The position numbers and the translations under genes are program-made. 64,000 bases of DNA. It comes from Candidatus Nealsonbacteria bacterium (GTDB lineage: Bacteria; Patescibacteriota; Minisyncoccia; Minisyncoccales; UBA6532). Under the pieces are notes generated by a model. That model made no database searches. It saw nothing but the letters and a program-made list of their open reading frames with translations, and had not been told where the DNA came from. Location of the stretch: the NCBI GenBank assembly GCA_016186485.1, contig JACPLN010000001.1:18377-82376 (forward strand), read 5' to 3'. This document shows, piece after piece, positions 30,051 to 40,470 of this stretch (position 1 is its first letter; the number at the start of each line of letters is the position of its first letter).

Positions 30051-33000
30051 ATGAGAATAAAAATCACCGTCGTCATTCTCTTAATTGCCATAATTCTTCC
30101 TGTTGCCGTATCTGGTCAGGCAGATTTTAGCTTACCAAAACCAGGGCTAACTCCAGACAGTCCTTTTTATTTTTTTGACACATTAGGAGAAAGATTAAAC
30201 CTCCTGTTAACGTTTTCTCCCGAGAAAAAAGCAGAAAAAGCTATTAGACTTGCTGAAGAGAAATTAGCTGAAGTACGGGTAATGGCAGAAAAGAATAAAA
30301 CCACAGCTTTAGCATCAGCTAATCAGGGCTATCAGAACCTTTTAGAGTTAGCTAATCAAAAAACCCAAGAAGCTAAAGAAAAAGGGAAGGACGTAGAAGA
30401 GCTAGCCATCTTAATAACTGAAAAAACCCTAAAACATCAGGAGGTCTTAATTGAGGTATTTGAAAAGGTACCAGAAGAAGCTAAAACCGCTATCCAAAAT
30501 GCAATTGAGGTCTCTAGGAAAGGTTCGGAAACAGCAGTAGAGGCGGTGAGTGGAACTAAGAAAGAAGAATTATCGCAGAAGATAGAGGAAATGAGAACAA
30601 CAGTTGAGGTGAAAATTAATGCCCTAGAAGGTAGAATAAAAAGCCTTGAAGAAAGATTGGAAGAAAAAGCCACTCAAGCTGAAACAGATGTAGAAAGATT
30701 GAAAAGGGAGGCCGAGACAGCCACGGGAGAAGCAGAAAAAGCTAGACTTTTGGCAGAAGTCGAAAAAGCTAAATTAGAGGCAGAGAAGGCGAGGGCCGAG
30801 ACCGAGAGGGCTAAGGCCGAAGCAGAAAAGCTCAAGAAGGAAATAGAAGAAGCTAAAAATGTAGCCGCAGAAGAAACGGTTCCGCTTTCTATCACTAGCG
30901 TTTCTCCAAATCAGATTTTAAATAATATTGAAAATCCTATAATCATTAATGGCTTTGGTATACAAAAGGGCGCAGAGGTCATTATAGGTAATATAAGTTT
31001 CGGCATCGGAAATGTTATTGATAGTAAAACTATTGTTATAAAAGTTTATCCTGGGGTATTATATCCTGGCAGTTATAATGTCCAGGTTAAGAATCCCGAT
31101 GGTAAAACAGATATTTTACATAGTGTCTTAACGATTGTTAAACCTCAACCATCAACCCCAGCCGTGCTTTCTTCGGAAGAAATAACAGCTAGAGTTTCTC
31201 CAGCAGTAATTCTAATTTGGAACAACATAAAACAAGGTTCTGGTTCTGGAATAATAGTTGATTCATCGGGATATGCCCTAACAAATGAGCACGTCATTAA
31301 TGGAGATACTGTGGTCGATGTAATAACATCGAGTGGTATCGTAACTTCAGCTCAGGTCATCGGTTGGAATGAAGTATATGATTTAGCAGTAATAAAGCTA
31401 AGTGGTAATAATTTTGAATTTGCCTCTTTTGGTAATTCAGACGAGGTCAACCTTGGGGAGGAGGCACTTGCTTTTGGCTACCCCAAAATTTTCTCTTTAG
31501 GAGCAAAAACAATTACCGTTACAAAGGGAATAATATCTGCCAGAAATACCCTAAATGGTCTTCCATATTTTCAAACCGATGCAAGTATCCATCCAGGAAA
31601 TAGTGGTGGTCCACTAGTAAATAAAGACGCTCAAGTGATTGGAATTAATACATATGGCGTAACCATTGAAAGTGCAATAGGTTCAGTCGGTGTAGGTATT
31701 AATTTTTCTCTCGAAATCAATGTTGCCAAATCCATTCTTTCCGACCTAAAAGCTGGAGCAAGGGTTTCAATTACTCCGCCTGTTACAGAAACGATTCCAG
31801 GGCCAACTTCTCCTCCTCCATCACCAGGAATTCTAAGAGTTTCCCTTGCCTCAGATAATCCTTCTTCTCAAACTTTTGTTAAAGGAAGCGTAGCTAGACT
31901 TTTCTCTGCTTTTCAATTCAGCACCGATTCAGCCGAACCAATTAGAGTTACAAAATTAAGATTCAAGATTAACAATGGTAGTGGTACTGCCGCCGATGTT
32001 TCTAATGTTACCCTTTGGGATGGTTCTACTAAAGTTGGAGGTCCAGTCGGTGTAATAGGTAGTTATGCTACTTTTGGAATCAATACAGTTGGCTATGATA
32101 CAGTTGGCCTTTTTGATATTCCAGCCGCCTCTACCAAGACCATTTATGTTAAGGCAGATATTCCTACTGGTGCTACCACAAATAGAACCGTTGATTTTGA
32201 CATTGCTTTAGTTTCTGACACTTGGGCAGATGGCATAGGTTCTAGAAATGACCTACCCTCTGGCAATATAATATTGGTTTCTGGTAACGCTGATACCCAC
32301 AGTATCTCTGCTGGTTCTCTCACCGCTTCGGTTGCTTCCACTCCAGTCGACCAAACCAGAATTATTGGTGAGACGGATATCCCATTCGTTGGTATCGTTT
32401 TCAACGCTGATGTGGCAGAGGACGTTAGAATCACTAGAGTAAAATTAACAGTCAGTTCATCTGGCGAAGCCTCAGCTAGTGATATTTCAAATATTGCTTT
32501 ATACGATGGCGCTACCAGGTTAACTAGTAAAAATAATCTTACAGCAACAGTAAGCGGAGTGCGTCATACAGTAGAATTTGTTAGCTCTGACTTTCTAAAT
32601 TCTCTTGGCATCAATATTACAAAGGGTCAGCAAAAAACCATTACAGTTAAAGCAGATATTCCATCTACCGCTGTTGTAGGCCATAAAATTGCCCTTGGGA
32701 TAAGCTCTAATAACGATATTAGTACTACTGGACTTATTTCAAATTCTCATATTGAAGAAACCCTTGTAGCAACAGGAATAAACTATGACGATACTAATCT
32801 TGCAGCAAATTTATACGAGGTTGAACTCTTGGCTAGCGGCTCTATATCAGTGACTACGGCAAGCGAGATTCCCACTACAAGAATAATAGCTGTTGGCAGT
32901 GAGGGTAGTACTACTTTCGTCAATCTAGGGCTTATCATGGCAAATTTTACCGCCTCTGGGGAGGATATTTACATAAAGCAAATAGTTATTCAAAGAGTAG

Positions 33001-34052
33001 CTGGCTATGGTTCTGATGCCAATTTCGCCTCAATCGGTTTGTGGGATGGTTCAACGCAGCTGGGTTCTGTACAAAGCCTAACTAACGGCTCTACAATTTT
33101 TAATCTTTCAGCAGGTAGCTATTGGAGAATACCTAAGGGCATAACTAAGACCTTGGCCGTTAAAGCGACCTTCAACGGGATTGGTTCTGGTTCGGTTACT
33201 GGAGATACTACTAAATTAATTCTTGCTAGTTTTGATGCTGAAGGAGTTAGTTCAGGAAATGACAATCTTTTTGGAGAAGGAGCGGTCAATATATCTGGAA
33301 ATACCCAAATTCTAAGAAAATCAAAACCGACATTGGCCGCAGCCAGCTTGCCGAGCACGACTTTGACGACTGGTGAGAAAGTGCTTTACCGCTGGACAGT
33401 TTCGGCTGATTCAGCAGGAGCAATCGGCTGGAAGAGAGTCGTATTCAACATCACCGGTACCTTGGCTGGCAACACTATCGGGGCTACAAGCACCGTTACT
33501 ACTGCCACCACCGGAAACACCTACCGTGACGGTGTCTACACTGTCACTTCAGGAACCGGAACCGGTTTGACGAAGTCCATTAACCAGTTCAAGGTTTGGG
33601 ACGTGACCAATAACCAACAGGTCACCGCCATTGCAACTGACGCTAATGGTTATAATTTATCTACTAATAGCGTTGGAGCAATTATCAGAGTTGATTCTGA
33701 CGCTTCAGCCGGCAGCAACGTCATCTTTGTTGCAGAATCAGAGCAGCAAGTGGCAGCCGGGACATCAAGGACTTACGAGTTAAGAGGTAACATTGTGAGA
33801 GCTCCTTCAGCAGGCGATGCGCTTCTGACTAGAATTGCTGACCTAGGCAGTTCTTCTTTAAGTAATAGCTATCCCTCCGTTGCTACGGCTGCTGGCGGAG
33901 ACATTTCATTAGTTGATCCATCTGTTACTATTGGTGCGTCATTTATATGGAGCGACCGCTCGACAACTAACCATTCTGAATCTACTTCTGACTGGATCAA
34001 TGACTATAAAGTCGATGGTCTTCCAGTCGCTACACTCAGCTTAAGTAAATAG
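30051..34052 (+). CDS. Large secreted protein: DUF5667-like + coiled coil + IPT/TIG-like + trypsin-like protease + beta-rich surface domains
   Basis: Signal peptide; PGLTPDSPFYF; TNEHV, DLAV, GNSGGP triad. Confidence 0.85.
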   Translation: MRIKITVVILLIAIILPVAVSGQADFSLPKPGLTPDSPFYFFDTLGERLNLLLTFSPEKKAEKAIRLAEEKLAEVRVMAEKNKTTALASANQGYQNLLELANQKTQEAKEKGKDVEELAILITEKTLKHQEVLIEVFEKVPEEAKTAIQNAIEVSRKGSETAVEAVSGTKKEELSQKIEEMRTTVEVKINALEGRIKSLEERLEEKATQAETDVERLKREAETATGEAEKARLLAEVEKAKLEAEKARAETERAKAEAEKLKKEIEEAKNVAAEETVPLSITSVSPNQILNNIENPIIINGFGIQKGAEVIIGNISFGIGNVIDSKTIVIKVYPGVLYPGSYNVQVKNPDGKTDILHSVLTIVKPQPSTPAVLSSEEITARVSPAVILIWNNIKQGSGSGIIVDSSGYALTNEHVINGDTVVDVITSSGIVTSAQVIGWNEVYDLAVIKLSGNNFEFASFGNSDEVNLGEEALAFGYPKIFSLGAKTITVTKGIISARNTLNGLPYFQTDASIHPGNSGGPLVNKDAQVIGINTYGVTIESAIGSVGVGINFSLEINVAKSILSDLKAGARVSITPPVTETIPGPTSPPPSPGILRVSLASDNPSSQTFVKGSVARLFSAFQFSTDSAEPIRVTKLRFKINNGSGTAADVSNVTLWDGSTKVGGPVGVIGSYATFGINTVGYDTVGLFDIPAASTKTIYVKADIPTGATTNRTVDFDIALVSDTWADGIGSRNDLPSGNIILVSGNADTHSISAGSLTASVASTPVDQTRIIGETDIPFVGIVFNADVAEDVRITRVKLTVSSSGEASASDISNIALYDGATRLTSKNNLTATVSGVRHTVEFVSSDFLNSLGINITKGQQKTITVKADIPSTAVVGHKIALGISSNNDISTTGLISNSHIEETLVATGINYDDTNLAANLYEVELLASGSISVTTASEIPTTRIIAVGSEGSTTFVNLGLIMANFTASGEDIYIKQIVIQRVAGYGSDANFASIGLWDGSTQLGSVQSLTNGSTIFNLSAGSYWRIPKGITKTLAVKATFNGIGSGSVTGDTTKLILASFDAEGVSSGNDNLFGEGAVNISGNTQILRKSKPTLAAASLPSTTLTTGEKVLYRWTVSADSAGAIGWKRVVFNITGTLAGNTIGATSTVTTATTGNTYRDGVYTVTSGTGTGLTKSINQFKVWDVTNNQQVTAIATDANGYNLSTNSVGAIIRVDSDASAGSNVIFVAESEQQVAAGTSRTYELRGNIVRAPSAGDALLTRIADLGSSSLSNSYPSVATAAGGDISLVDPSVTIGASFIWSDRSTTNHSESTSDWINDYKVDGLPVATLSLSK

Positions 34053-34061
34053 TTTAAATAA

Positions 34062-35183
34062 ATGAAAGAAAAAATTAAGAAAATCAGTTTAATCTTAATA
34101 ATCATTGGAGGACTTTTTAGTTTTTATGCCCAACCAACTCAAGCAGGATTTTTTGATTGGCTTTCTTGGAATAGAGTAAAAACAATTTTTATAAAAGAGC
34201 AAATTCGAGAAAGTTTGCCTGCTTCTATTTCCGAGCCGATAAAAGAAATTCCATCGCTAGGAGAAACAATCCAAGAAACTCCAGTATCGGAAACTAAAGA
34301 AACCCTGGAAGAAATTCAACCCGGGGTTACTTCGAGGATCGCAGTCCCCGAGAAAATTATCTATAAAGATAATCCGGAACAGGCGATCACTATTCAGAAT
34401 CTAAAGAATCAAATTGCAAGTCTTCAAAACCAGATAAAGAACCTCGAACAACAAATTGAAGATTTGTTATCTGGGTCGCCGGAAATAAAAGTAATCACGA
34501 AGGAAGTCCCGGTAGAAAAAATTGTAGTCAAAGAAGTTATTAAAGAGGTACCGGTAGAAGTTGTCAAAGAAGTTATAAAAATAAAAGAAGTACCAGTGGA
34601 AAAGATTGTTATCAAAGAAGTATTAGTTCCTCAAATCTGTCCGGTTTGTCAGTCATGCCAAGTGTGTTCGCCTAATCTTGGATTAGTTCCCCCATCACCT
34701 CCTGTTGCCGGTTATTTATCTATTCAAGAAATTACCGTTCCGCCCCATCAAAATACTTGGAAAATCACTGCAAGCGGAGAATCTATCCAAATTACAGATA
34801 TTGTTTTTGAGCTTGTTGATCCCCAATGGCGAGATATCGAATGGTATATCAACTGGAGGAGCGAAATCGGTTCCACAAGACCGTTAAATTACCGTACTTG
34901 CGCTACCGCAATATCCTATGATCAGGAATTTGGCACAAATTGGGCGCTTCCCGAGTGTCTTGCTAATCCAACTAATGATTTCGCCCAATACCGCGTTAAA
35001 GATTGGTGGGGTAGAGATATTACGGCTAAGTATCATATCAATGGCGTAGAAACTAGTGGTCTCATTCCTACCTTGAAGGACAGAGATTCATTCTATATCG
35101 AGAGATCGTATGCCAACCGCCCAATAAAAGCTTCTGGAGTTGGACAAACTAGTGGTACAATAATTGAGTTAGAAAATCCATAA
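34062..35183 (+). CDS. Secreted hypothetical protein with KEVPVE repeats
   Basis: Signal peptide (PTQA/GFF), coiled coil, repeated KEVPVE. Confidence 0.8.
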   Translation: MKEKIKKISLILIIIGGLFSFYAQPTQAGFFDWLSWNRVKTIFIKEQIRESLPASISEPIKEIPSLGETIQETPVSETKETLEEIQPGVTSRIAVPEKIIYKDNPEQAITIQNLKNQIASLQNQIKNLEQQIEDLLSGSPEIKVITKEVPVEKIVVKEVIKEVPVEVVKEVIKIKEVPVEKIVIKEVLVPQICPVCQSCQVCSPNLGLVPPSPPVAGYLSIQEITVPPHQNTWKITASGESIQITDIVFELVDPQWRDIEWYINWRSEIGSTRPLNYRTCATAISYDQEFGTNWALPECLANPTNDFAQYRVKDWWGRDITAKYHINGVETSGLIPTLKDRDSFYIERSYANRPIKASGVGQTSGTIIELENP

Positions 35184-35314
35184 TCTTTTTTGGTTCTAAT
35201 ATTCCGGGTGTCATTTTTGTCATTTCTCTATCCGAAAGCACCATATCAAAAAACCCATCGCCGGGCAGTTTTTATTTATCGCCAAGGAGTCGAGTTTTTG
35301 CTAAAATAGGGAAC

Positions 35315-35941
35315 ATGGAAGACATAAAATTACAAGATTTTTACGATAAAATAATAAAAGGATGGATGATGGGCGGTCTCAGCACCGTATCTAAAGAATG
35401 TCTGGGAGAAAATTTTATTCCTGCCCTGTGTTGTTTTACATTTACTGAAGCAGTTGGGCTTTATTTACCAAAGTTGGACGAAGATACCGAAAACTATTTT
35501 AAGAATAATAAGATTGGTAAAAATGGGGGACGTTTTTATAGGTGCTTATTTAGTTTAGAATCGAAAGAACGTTTTATCGAATGCGATAGAAAACTTAGAA
35601 AAAATGGTGTAAAAAAGGGTATTTATCAACTTAGACATCGATTTGCCCACAAGTATTTACCAAATTTAGTAGAACCACAACACATTCAGGTTGAAGTCGT
35701 GGGATCGCATAAGCAAAACAAGGGAAGGTTACAACAACTAAAAGATGCCGGATTATTTTTCCCCATAGTTCTTAAAGAAGACGACGAAAGAATACGGTGG
35801 ATCATTATTAACACCGTAAAATACATCGAAGAATTGCGAAATTTAGTAGATGATGTGTATAACAAAATTTTTATAGAAAGGGATAATGATTTTGTAATCG
35901 CTATGCATTCCGGGTATAGAGAACTTCTTAGGGATGATTAA
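35315..35941 (+). CDS. Hypothetical protein with Rx4H motif (HEPN-like?)
   Basis: LRHRFAH. Confidence 0.65.
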   Translation: MEDIKLQDFYDKIIKGWMMGGLSTVSKECLGENFIPALCCFTFTEAVGLYLPKLDEDTENYFKNNKIGKNGGRFYRCLFSLESKERFIECDRKLRKNGVKKGIYQLRHRFAHKYLPNLVEPQHIQVEVVGSHKQNKGRLQQLKDAGLFFPIVLKEDDERIRWIIINTVKYIEELRNLVDDVYNKIFIERDNDFVIAMHSGYRELLRDD

Positions 35942-35993
35942 AAGTGGGGTTTAAGTCCGGAATCCGGCAATGGTTCTAACTTAAACTACCCAC

Positions 35994-36066
35994 AAAACAG
36001 GTTCTAACATCGTCCACCCAATTACCCCATTTTGGGCTTATTGCTTCCTCCGAGGAAGCAATGGCC
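35994..36066. repeat. att junction A (integrase-tail arm + ACCCCA) followed by REP copy 3
   Basis: AAAACAGGTTCTAACATCGTCCACCCAATT-ACCCCA-TTTTGGG + palindrome. Confidence 0.85.
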
Positions 36067-36174
36067 TTAAAATAAAGGAAGCACCGTAATGTTCTTCCTC
36101 TCAGAGTAGAATTCAGCACATGAATTGACACATTTGAAGATTTAATTATAGTTGATTTAAGGATGGTGTAAAAG

Positions 36175-36594
36175 ATGGAATGCAAATGTGCTGTGTGCGG
36201 AGTTAACGAGGGTATAGAAATAAAGATTTTGGAAGAATCCAAGAATCTCGATTTTGATCTTGAAAGGGTCGCCAAACATCTTGGTTGGAAACTGGCAGAC
36301 GATGAAGAGGATAGAGCGGTTATTTCACGAGAAAAGCACCCCAGTTTAAAAATCGTAGAAAGCGAGTATCATAATAAAAAAAGCATTACTGTATTTCTGA
36401 AAACGTCGAAGAAAAAATTCTCATGCCTTGTTTCTCTGGTAGGCCCGTTGAAAATGGTCATATCTAGGTATCAAAGGATAAAGAAGGGCAGGATAGCAAA
36501 AGAAATTAAAGACGTCGTTATCTTAGATGCCAGGGGTTATTCTATACAACTAGCAGACGATTCGCACGGCTTTTTTGCATTCGGCCACGAGTAA
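36175..36594 (+). CDS. Hypothetical protein (cassette gene)
   Basis: TTGACA promoter upstream; hairpin + T-run downstream. Confidence 0.7.
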   Translation: MECKCAVCGVNEGIEIKILEESKNLDFDLERVAKHLGWKLADDEEDRAVISREKHPSLKIVESEYHNKKSITVFLKTSKKKFSCLVSLVGPLKMVISRYQRIKKGRIAKEIKDVVILDARGYSIQLADDSHGFFAFGHE

Positions 36595-36631
36595 AGGAGG
36601 AACCATAAGGTTCTCCCTCTTTTTATTTCCC

Positions 36632-36697
36632 AAAACAGGTTCTAATAGTATCCAGCCAGCCATCCAAATAGGGTTCTAAAATCGTCCACTAGCCCCG
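36632..36697. repeat. att junction B (two degenerate arms)
   Basis: Minus strand encodes LDGWLDTIRTCF and GLVDDFRTLF; AGCCATCCA resembles the tRNA-His end AGCCACCCA. Confidence 0.7.
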
Positions 36698-36768
36698 TTG
36701 CGATTTTTTAAGCTAGGGCTTGACCTTTTCTTTTTGGTCTTTTAGAATACAAATAGGTCGTTGAAATT

Positions 36769-37194
36769 ATGACCAGTGAAGAGAACGAAAAGAAAGTATC
36801 TTATACCACACGTTTATTAAAACTGAAATTGGAGGAAATTAAAGAAGTTGCAGAGAAACTCAATCAAATGGAAGAAGCAAAACGTATCAGTCCAAAGGTG
36901 AAAGAATTCTTCTGCGGGTTGCCAGTATTTGACATCCTCCATAAAGGATTTGAAGAAGTGATGTCGTTATCTTGCCGAGTCAATAGCTTGAGTCACGACG
37001 ATTTACAGTATTTGGATTCCCAAGATTTCGGTACTTACATTAGGCGTCTACGAGGAGATGTAGCATTCCTTATTGAAGAAGTGATAGTTCGCCACTTGTC
37101 TACTTACGATTCTATTCCTTGCGATATAACAATTTCAGAATTTCTTGAGGGGCCTTTCTACGGCGAGGTTCATAAAATAAAGGGAGCAACCTAA
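36769..37194 (+). CDS. Hypothetical protein (cassette gene)
   Basis: TTGACC..TAGAAT upstream; terminator similar to that of the previous unit. Confidence 0.7.
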   Translation: MTSEENEKKVSYTTRLLKLKLEEIKEVAEKLNQMEEAKRISPKVKEFFCGLPVFDILHKGFEEVMSLSCRVNSLSHDDLQYLDSQDFGTYIRRLRGDVAFLIEEVIVRHLSTYDSIPCDITISEFLEGPFYGEVHKIKGAT

Positions 37195-37218
37195 AGGTTC
37201 CCCCTCTTTTTATTTCCC

Positions 37219-37363
37219 AAAACAGGTTCCCCTCCTTCGCTAAAGCTTCGGACGGACACAGCCCGCCCGCATCAGCTATGCTGAAAGCATTGCGGGCGGC
37301 TAACATCGTCCCGTAGACGACCCCATTTTGGGCTTATTGCTTCCTCCGAGGAAGCAATGGCCC
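37219..37363. repeat. att junction C (arm interrupted by ~70-bp palindromic insert) + REP copy 4
   Basis: AAAACAGGTTC-[insert]-TAACATCGTCC...ACCCCATTTTGGG. Confidence 0.8.
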
Positions 37364-37440
37364 TATTTTCGGAGTAGAATGTACAAATGAAAACTTGACA
37401 CTTTTGTAATTATGATTATAATAGCGTTGAGGATGATAAG

Positions 37441-37824
37441 ATGATTGGAATAGGGATGGTAGTAAAGAATAAAGTAACAGAAAAGAAGGGTGTGGTTGTT
37501 GACGATCCATTTGGATGCTGCGCTTCGTTTGAAACCCCAGTAGCGTACGAAGGTAGTACCAGTCTTTTCATAGGAACAGACACTAAGGATCTGAAAGTTA
37601 TTGGTCCAGAAAATGCAAAAGCCGATTTAATGAAATGTGGTGCTGGACAGGGTAAAAAATGTTGTATCTTTCTAGTGGTTGGTTCAAGTGGGCCAGAGTG
37701 TCAGAGGTTTGGCGATATGAGACTGGATATCATCTTTAGGAAAGATAAGATGACGGCTCAGCGTGAGCCTACTAAACTATATCCAAATTGTCAGCTCAAG
37801 ATAGACGAGAGTACGACTAAGTGA
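37441..37824 (+). CDS. Cys-rich hypothetical protein (cassette gene)
   Basis: TTGACA-N17-TATAAT promoter, terminator after stop. Confidence 0.72.
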   Translation: MIGIGMVVKNKVTEKKGVVVDDPFGCCASFETPVAYEGSTSLFIGTDTKDLKVIGPENAKADLMKCGAGQGKKCCIFLVVGSSGPECQRFGDMRLDIIFRKDKMTAQREPTKLYPNCQLKIDESTTK

Positions 37825-37900
37825 GGCACCTTTTGTGTGCCTCTTTTTAATTCGGAGACTGTTACCCGGGTTTAAGTTAGATAATTATTTTATGTCAAGA

Positions 37901-37962
37901 AACATCGTCCCGTAGACGACCCCATTTTGGGCTTATTGCTTCCTCCGAGGAAGCAATGGCCC
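37901..37962. repeat. att junction D (truncated arm) + REP copy 5
   Basis: Identical to 37302-37363. Confidence 0.85.
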
Positions 37963-38059
37963 TATTTTTTTGGAACAAATGGCTGTAAGGCATTGAACTA
38001 TTGCGATCGGCTTGACTGGTTATTTAAAATAAGTATAAATAACCAAGAGCTTTTCAATA

Positions 38060-38251
38060 TTGAAAAAAGTTGATACGATCGCAGTCGTGATGGTGATAGG
38101 GCTTATTTTGTTACCCGTTGGTATTTTTGGTATTTTAAGCCATTCTTTTACTTCCGTAGGAGTGACAGCCGGATTAATTGGGTTCTTTCTGATTATTATA
38201 TCCGCCATGTTTGGCTACAAAGAGGCTTGGGAAAAGATAGTAGAAAAATAA
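38060..38251 (+). CDS. Small two-TM protein
   Basis: 63 aa hydrophobic ORF, TTG start. Confidence 0.55.
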   Translation: MKKVDTIAVVMVIGLILLPVGIFGILSHSFTSVGVTAGLIGFFLIIISAMFGYKEAWEKIVEK

Positions 38252-38287
38252 AAATAGCGCATCATCGCGCTATTTCTTTGTTTTTAT

Positions 38288-39331
<1,044 letters not shown>

Positions 39332-39404
39332 AGTGTTTTTATTTTGTAATTATAACAGTTAATTGCAAAATGAGTCAAAATCGTGATAATATATGGAGAG
39401 TTGA

Positions 39405-39476
39405 GCCCCCATCGTTCAATGGATAGGATAGGGGTTTCCTAAACCCTAGATCCAGGTTCGACTCCTGGTGGGGGCA
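39405..39476 (+). tRNA. tRNA-Arg(CCT)
   Basis: Cloverleaf; anticodon CCT. Confidence 0.93.
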
Positions 39477-39523
39477 TACATAAATTATTGCACATTGAAA
39501 CGCTTTGTAGTACAATTAAAGTG

Positions 39524-40228
39524 ATGTCAAAAACAATCCTCCGTAAGAAGGTTCGTAAATTGCGATCTACGGGTAAAACTTATACCGAAATACGGCAGGT
39601 TTTGGGCATATCTATACCAAAGAGCACGCTTTCCAATTGGTGTCACGATGTGATTTTGCCGAATTGGTACACTGCTAAAATTAGAGACATTAATCATAAA
39701 AGCTTTACGAAAGCACAAACAATGGCGTGGGCTTCAATGCGACGAAAACGCGAACTTTTCTTAAATCAAGTACGGCGAGAGGCTAAATGGGTTCTTAAAA
39801 AATTTAACCCTGAGGGCCTAAAGATTGTTCTAGCTATGCTTTATCTTGGCGAAGGAGCTAAATGGAAGGGGCATTCCGGCCTACTACTTGGAAGTTCCGA
39901 CCAAACGATAGTCCTTTTGTACATTTCTTTACTAGAAAAGTGTTATAAAATTAAGCCAAGTCAACTTAAGTGTAGGATATCTTATAGGGCAGATCAAAAT
40001 ATCCATAAACTTGAAAAATATTGGTCAAATATCACCGGAGTCCCCAAAGAAAATTTTTATAAAACCAAACCTGACCCCAGAACCAAAGGCAAAAAAACAA
40101 AGAATAATGATTATAAGGGGGTCTGCGTTATCACTTGTGCAGGCTCTCATATCCAGTTAGAGTTGGAAGAAATCGCAAAGCTTTTATTAGAAAAATTAAG
40201 GGCCCATAGCTTAGAGGAAAAGCGTTAG
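39524..40228 (+). CDS. HTH + LAGLIDADG-like protein between tRNAs
   Basis: IPKSTLSNW HTH; LAMLYLGEGAK; 3' end overlaps tRNA-Ala. Confidence 0.6.
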   Translation: MSKTILRKKVRKLRSTGKTYTEIRQVLGISIPKSTLSNWCHDVILPNWYTAKIRDINHKSFTKAQTMAWASMRRKRELFLNQVRREAKWVLKKFNPEGLKIVLAMLYLGEGAKWKGHSGLLLGSSDQTIVLLYISLLEKCYKIKPSQLKCRISYRADQNIHKLEKYWSNITGVPKENFYKTKPDPRTKGKKTKNNDYKGVCVITCAGSHIQLELEEIAKLLLEKLRAHSLEEKR

Positions 40229-40274
40229 TATGGCATACTAAAGATCGAGGGTTCGAGTCCCTCTGGGTCCACCA
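40200..40274 (+). tRNA. tRNA-Ala(GGC)
   Basis: Anticodon GGC, G3:U70, CCA. Confidence 0.92.
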
Positions 40275-40275
40275 A

Positions 40276-40365
40276 GGAGAGGTGCGGCGAATGGTAAGCC
40301 AGCGGTTTGCTAAACCGTGTCCCGTGTAAAAAGCGGGATTGTGGGTTCGACTCCCACCCTCTCCG
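40276..40365 (+). tRNA. tRNA-Ser(GCT)
   Basis: Long variable arm; anticodon GCT. Confidence 0.93.
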
Positions 40366-40376
40366 CTAAGACCGCT

Positions 40377-40463
40377 GGCGGGGTGCTCCGAATTGGTAAG
40401 GAACTGGTCTTGAAAACCAGCGCCCACTCCGTGGGCTTGTGAGTTCGAGTCTCACCCCCGCCG
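40377..40463 (+). tRNA. tRNA-Ser(TGA)
   Basis: Long variable arm; anticodon TGA. Confidence 0.93.
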
Positions 40464-40470
40464 CAAATAA

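Larger units (their letters stand above)
25261..36029. mobile_element. Serine-integrase genomic island / satellite-like element at tRNA-His
   Basis: Integrase reads into the tRNA 3' end; ACCC core at 25261 and 36024; phage-like small genes plus cargo. Confidence 0.8.

Noticed and set aside
35190..35210. Additional att arm (GGTTCTAATATTCC)
   Set aside because: Match too short and no adjacent tRNA-end core.
35970..38000. CRISPR array or classical integron
   Set aside because: Spacers are ~600-bp gene-bearing units, there are no cas genes and no tyrosine integrase IntI, and the arms lack the paired attC hairpin structure.
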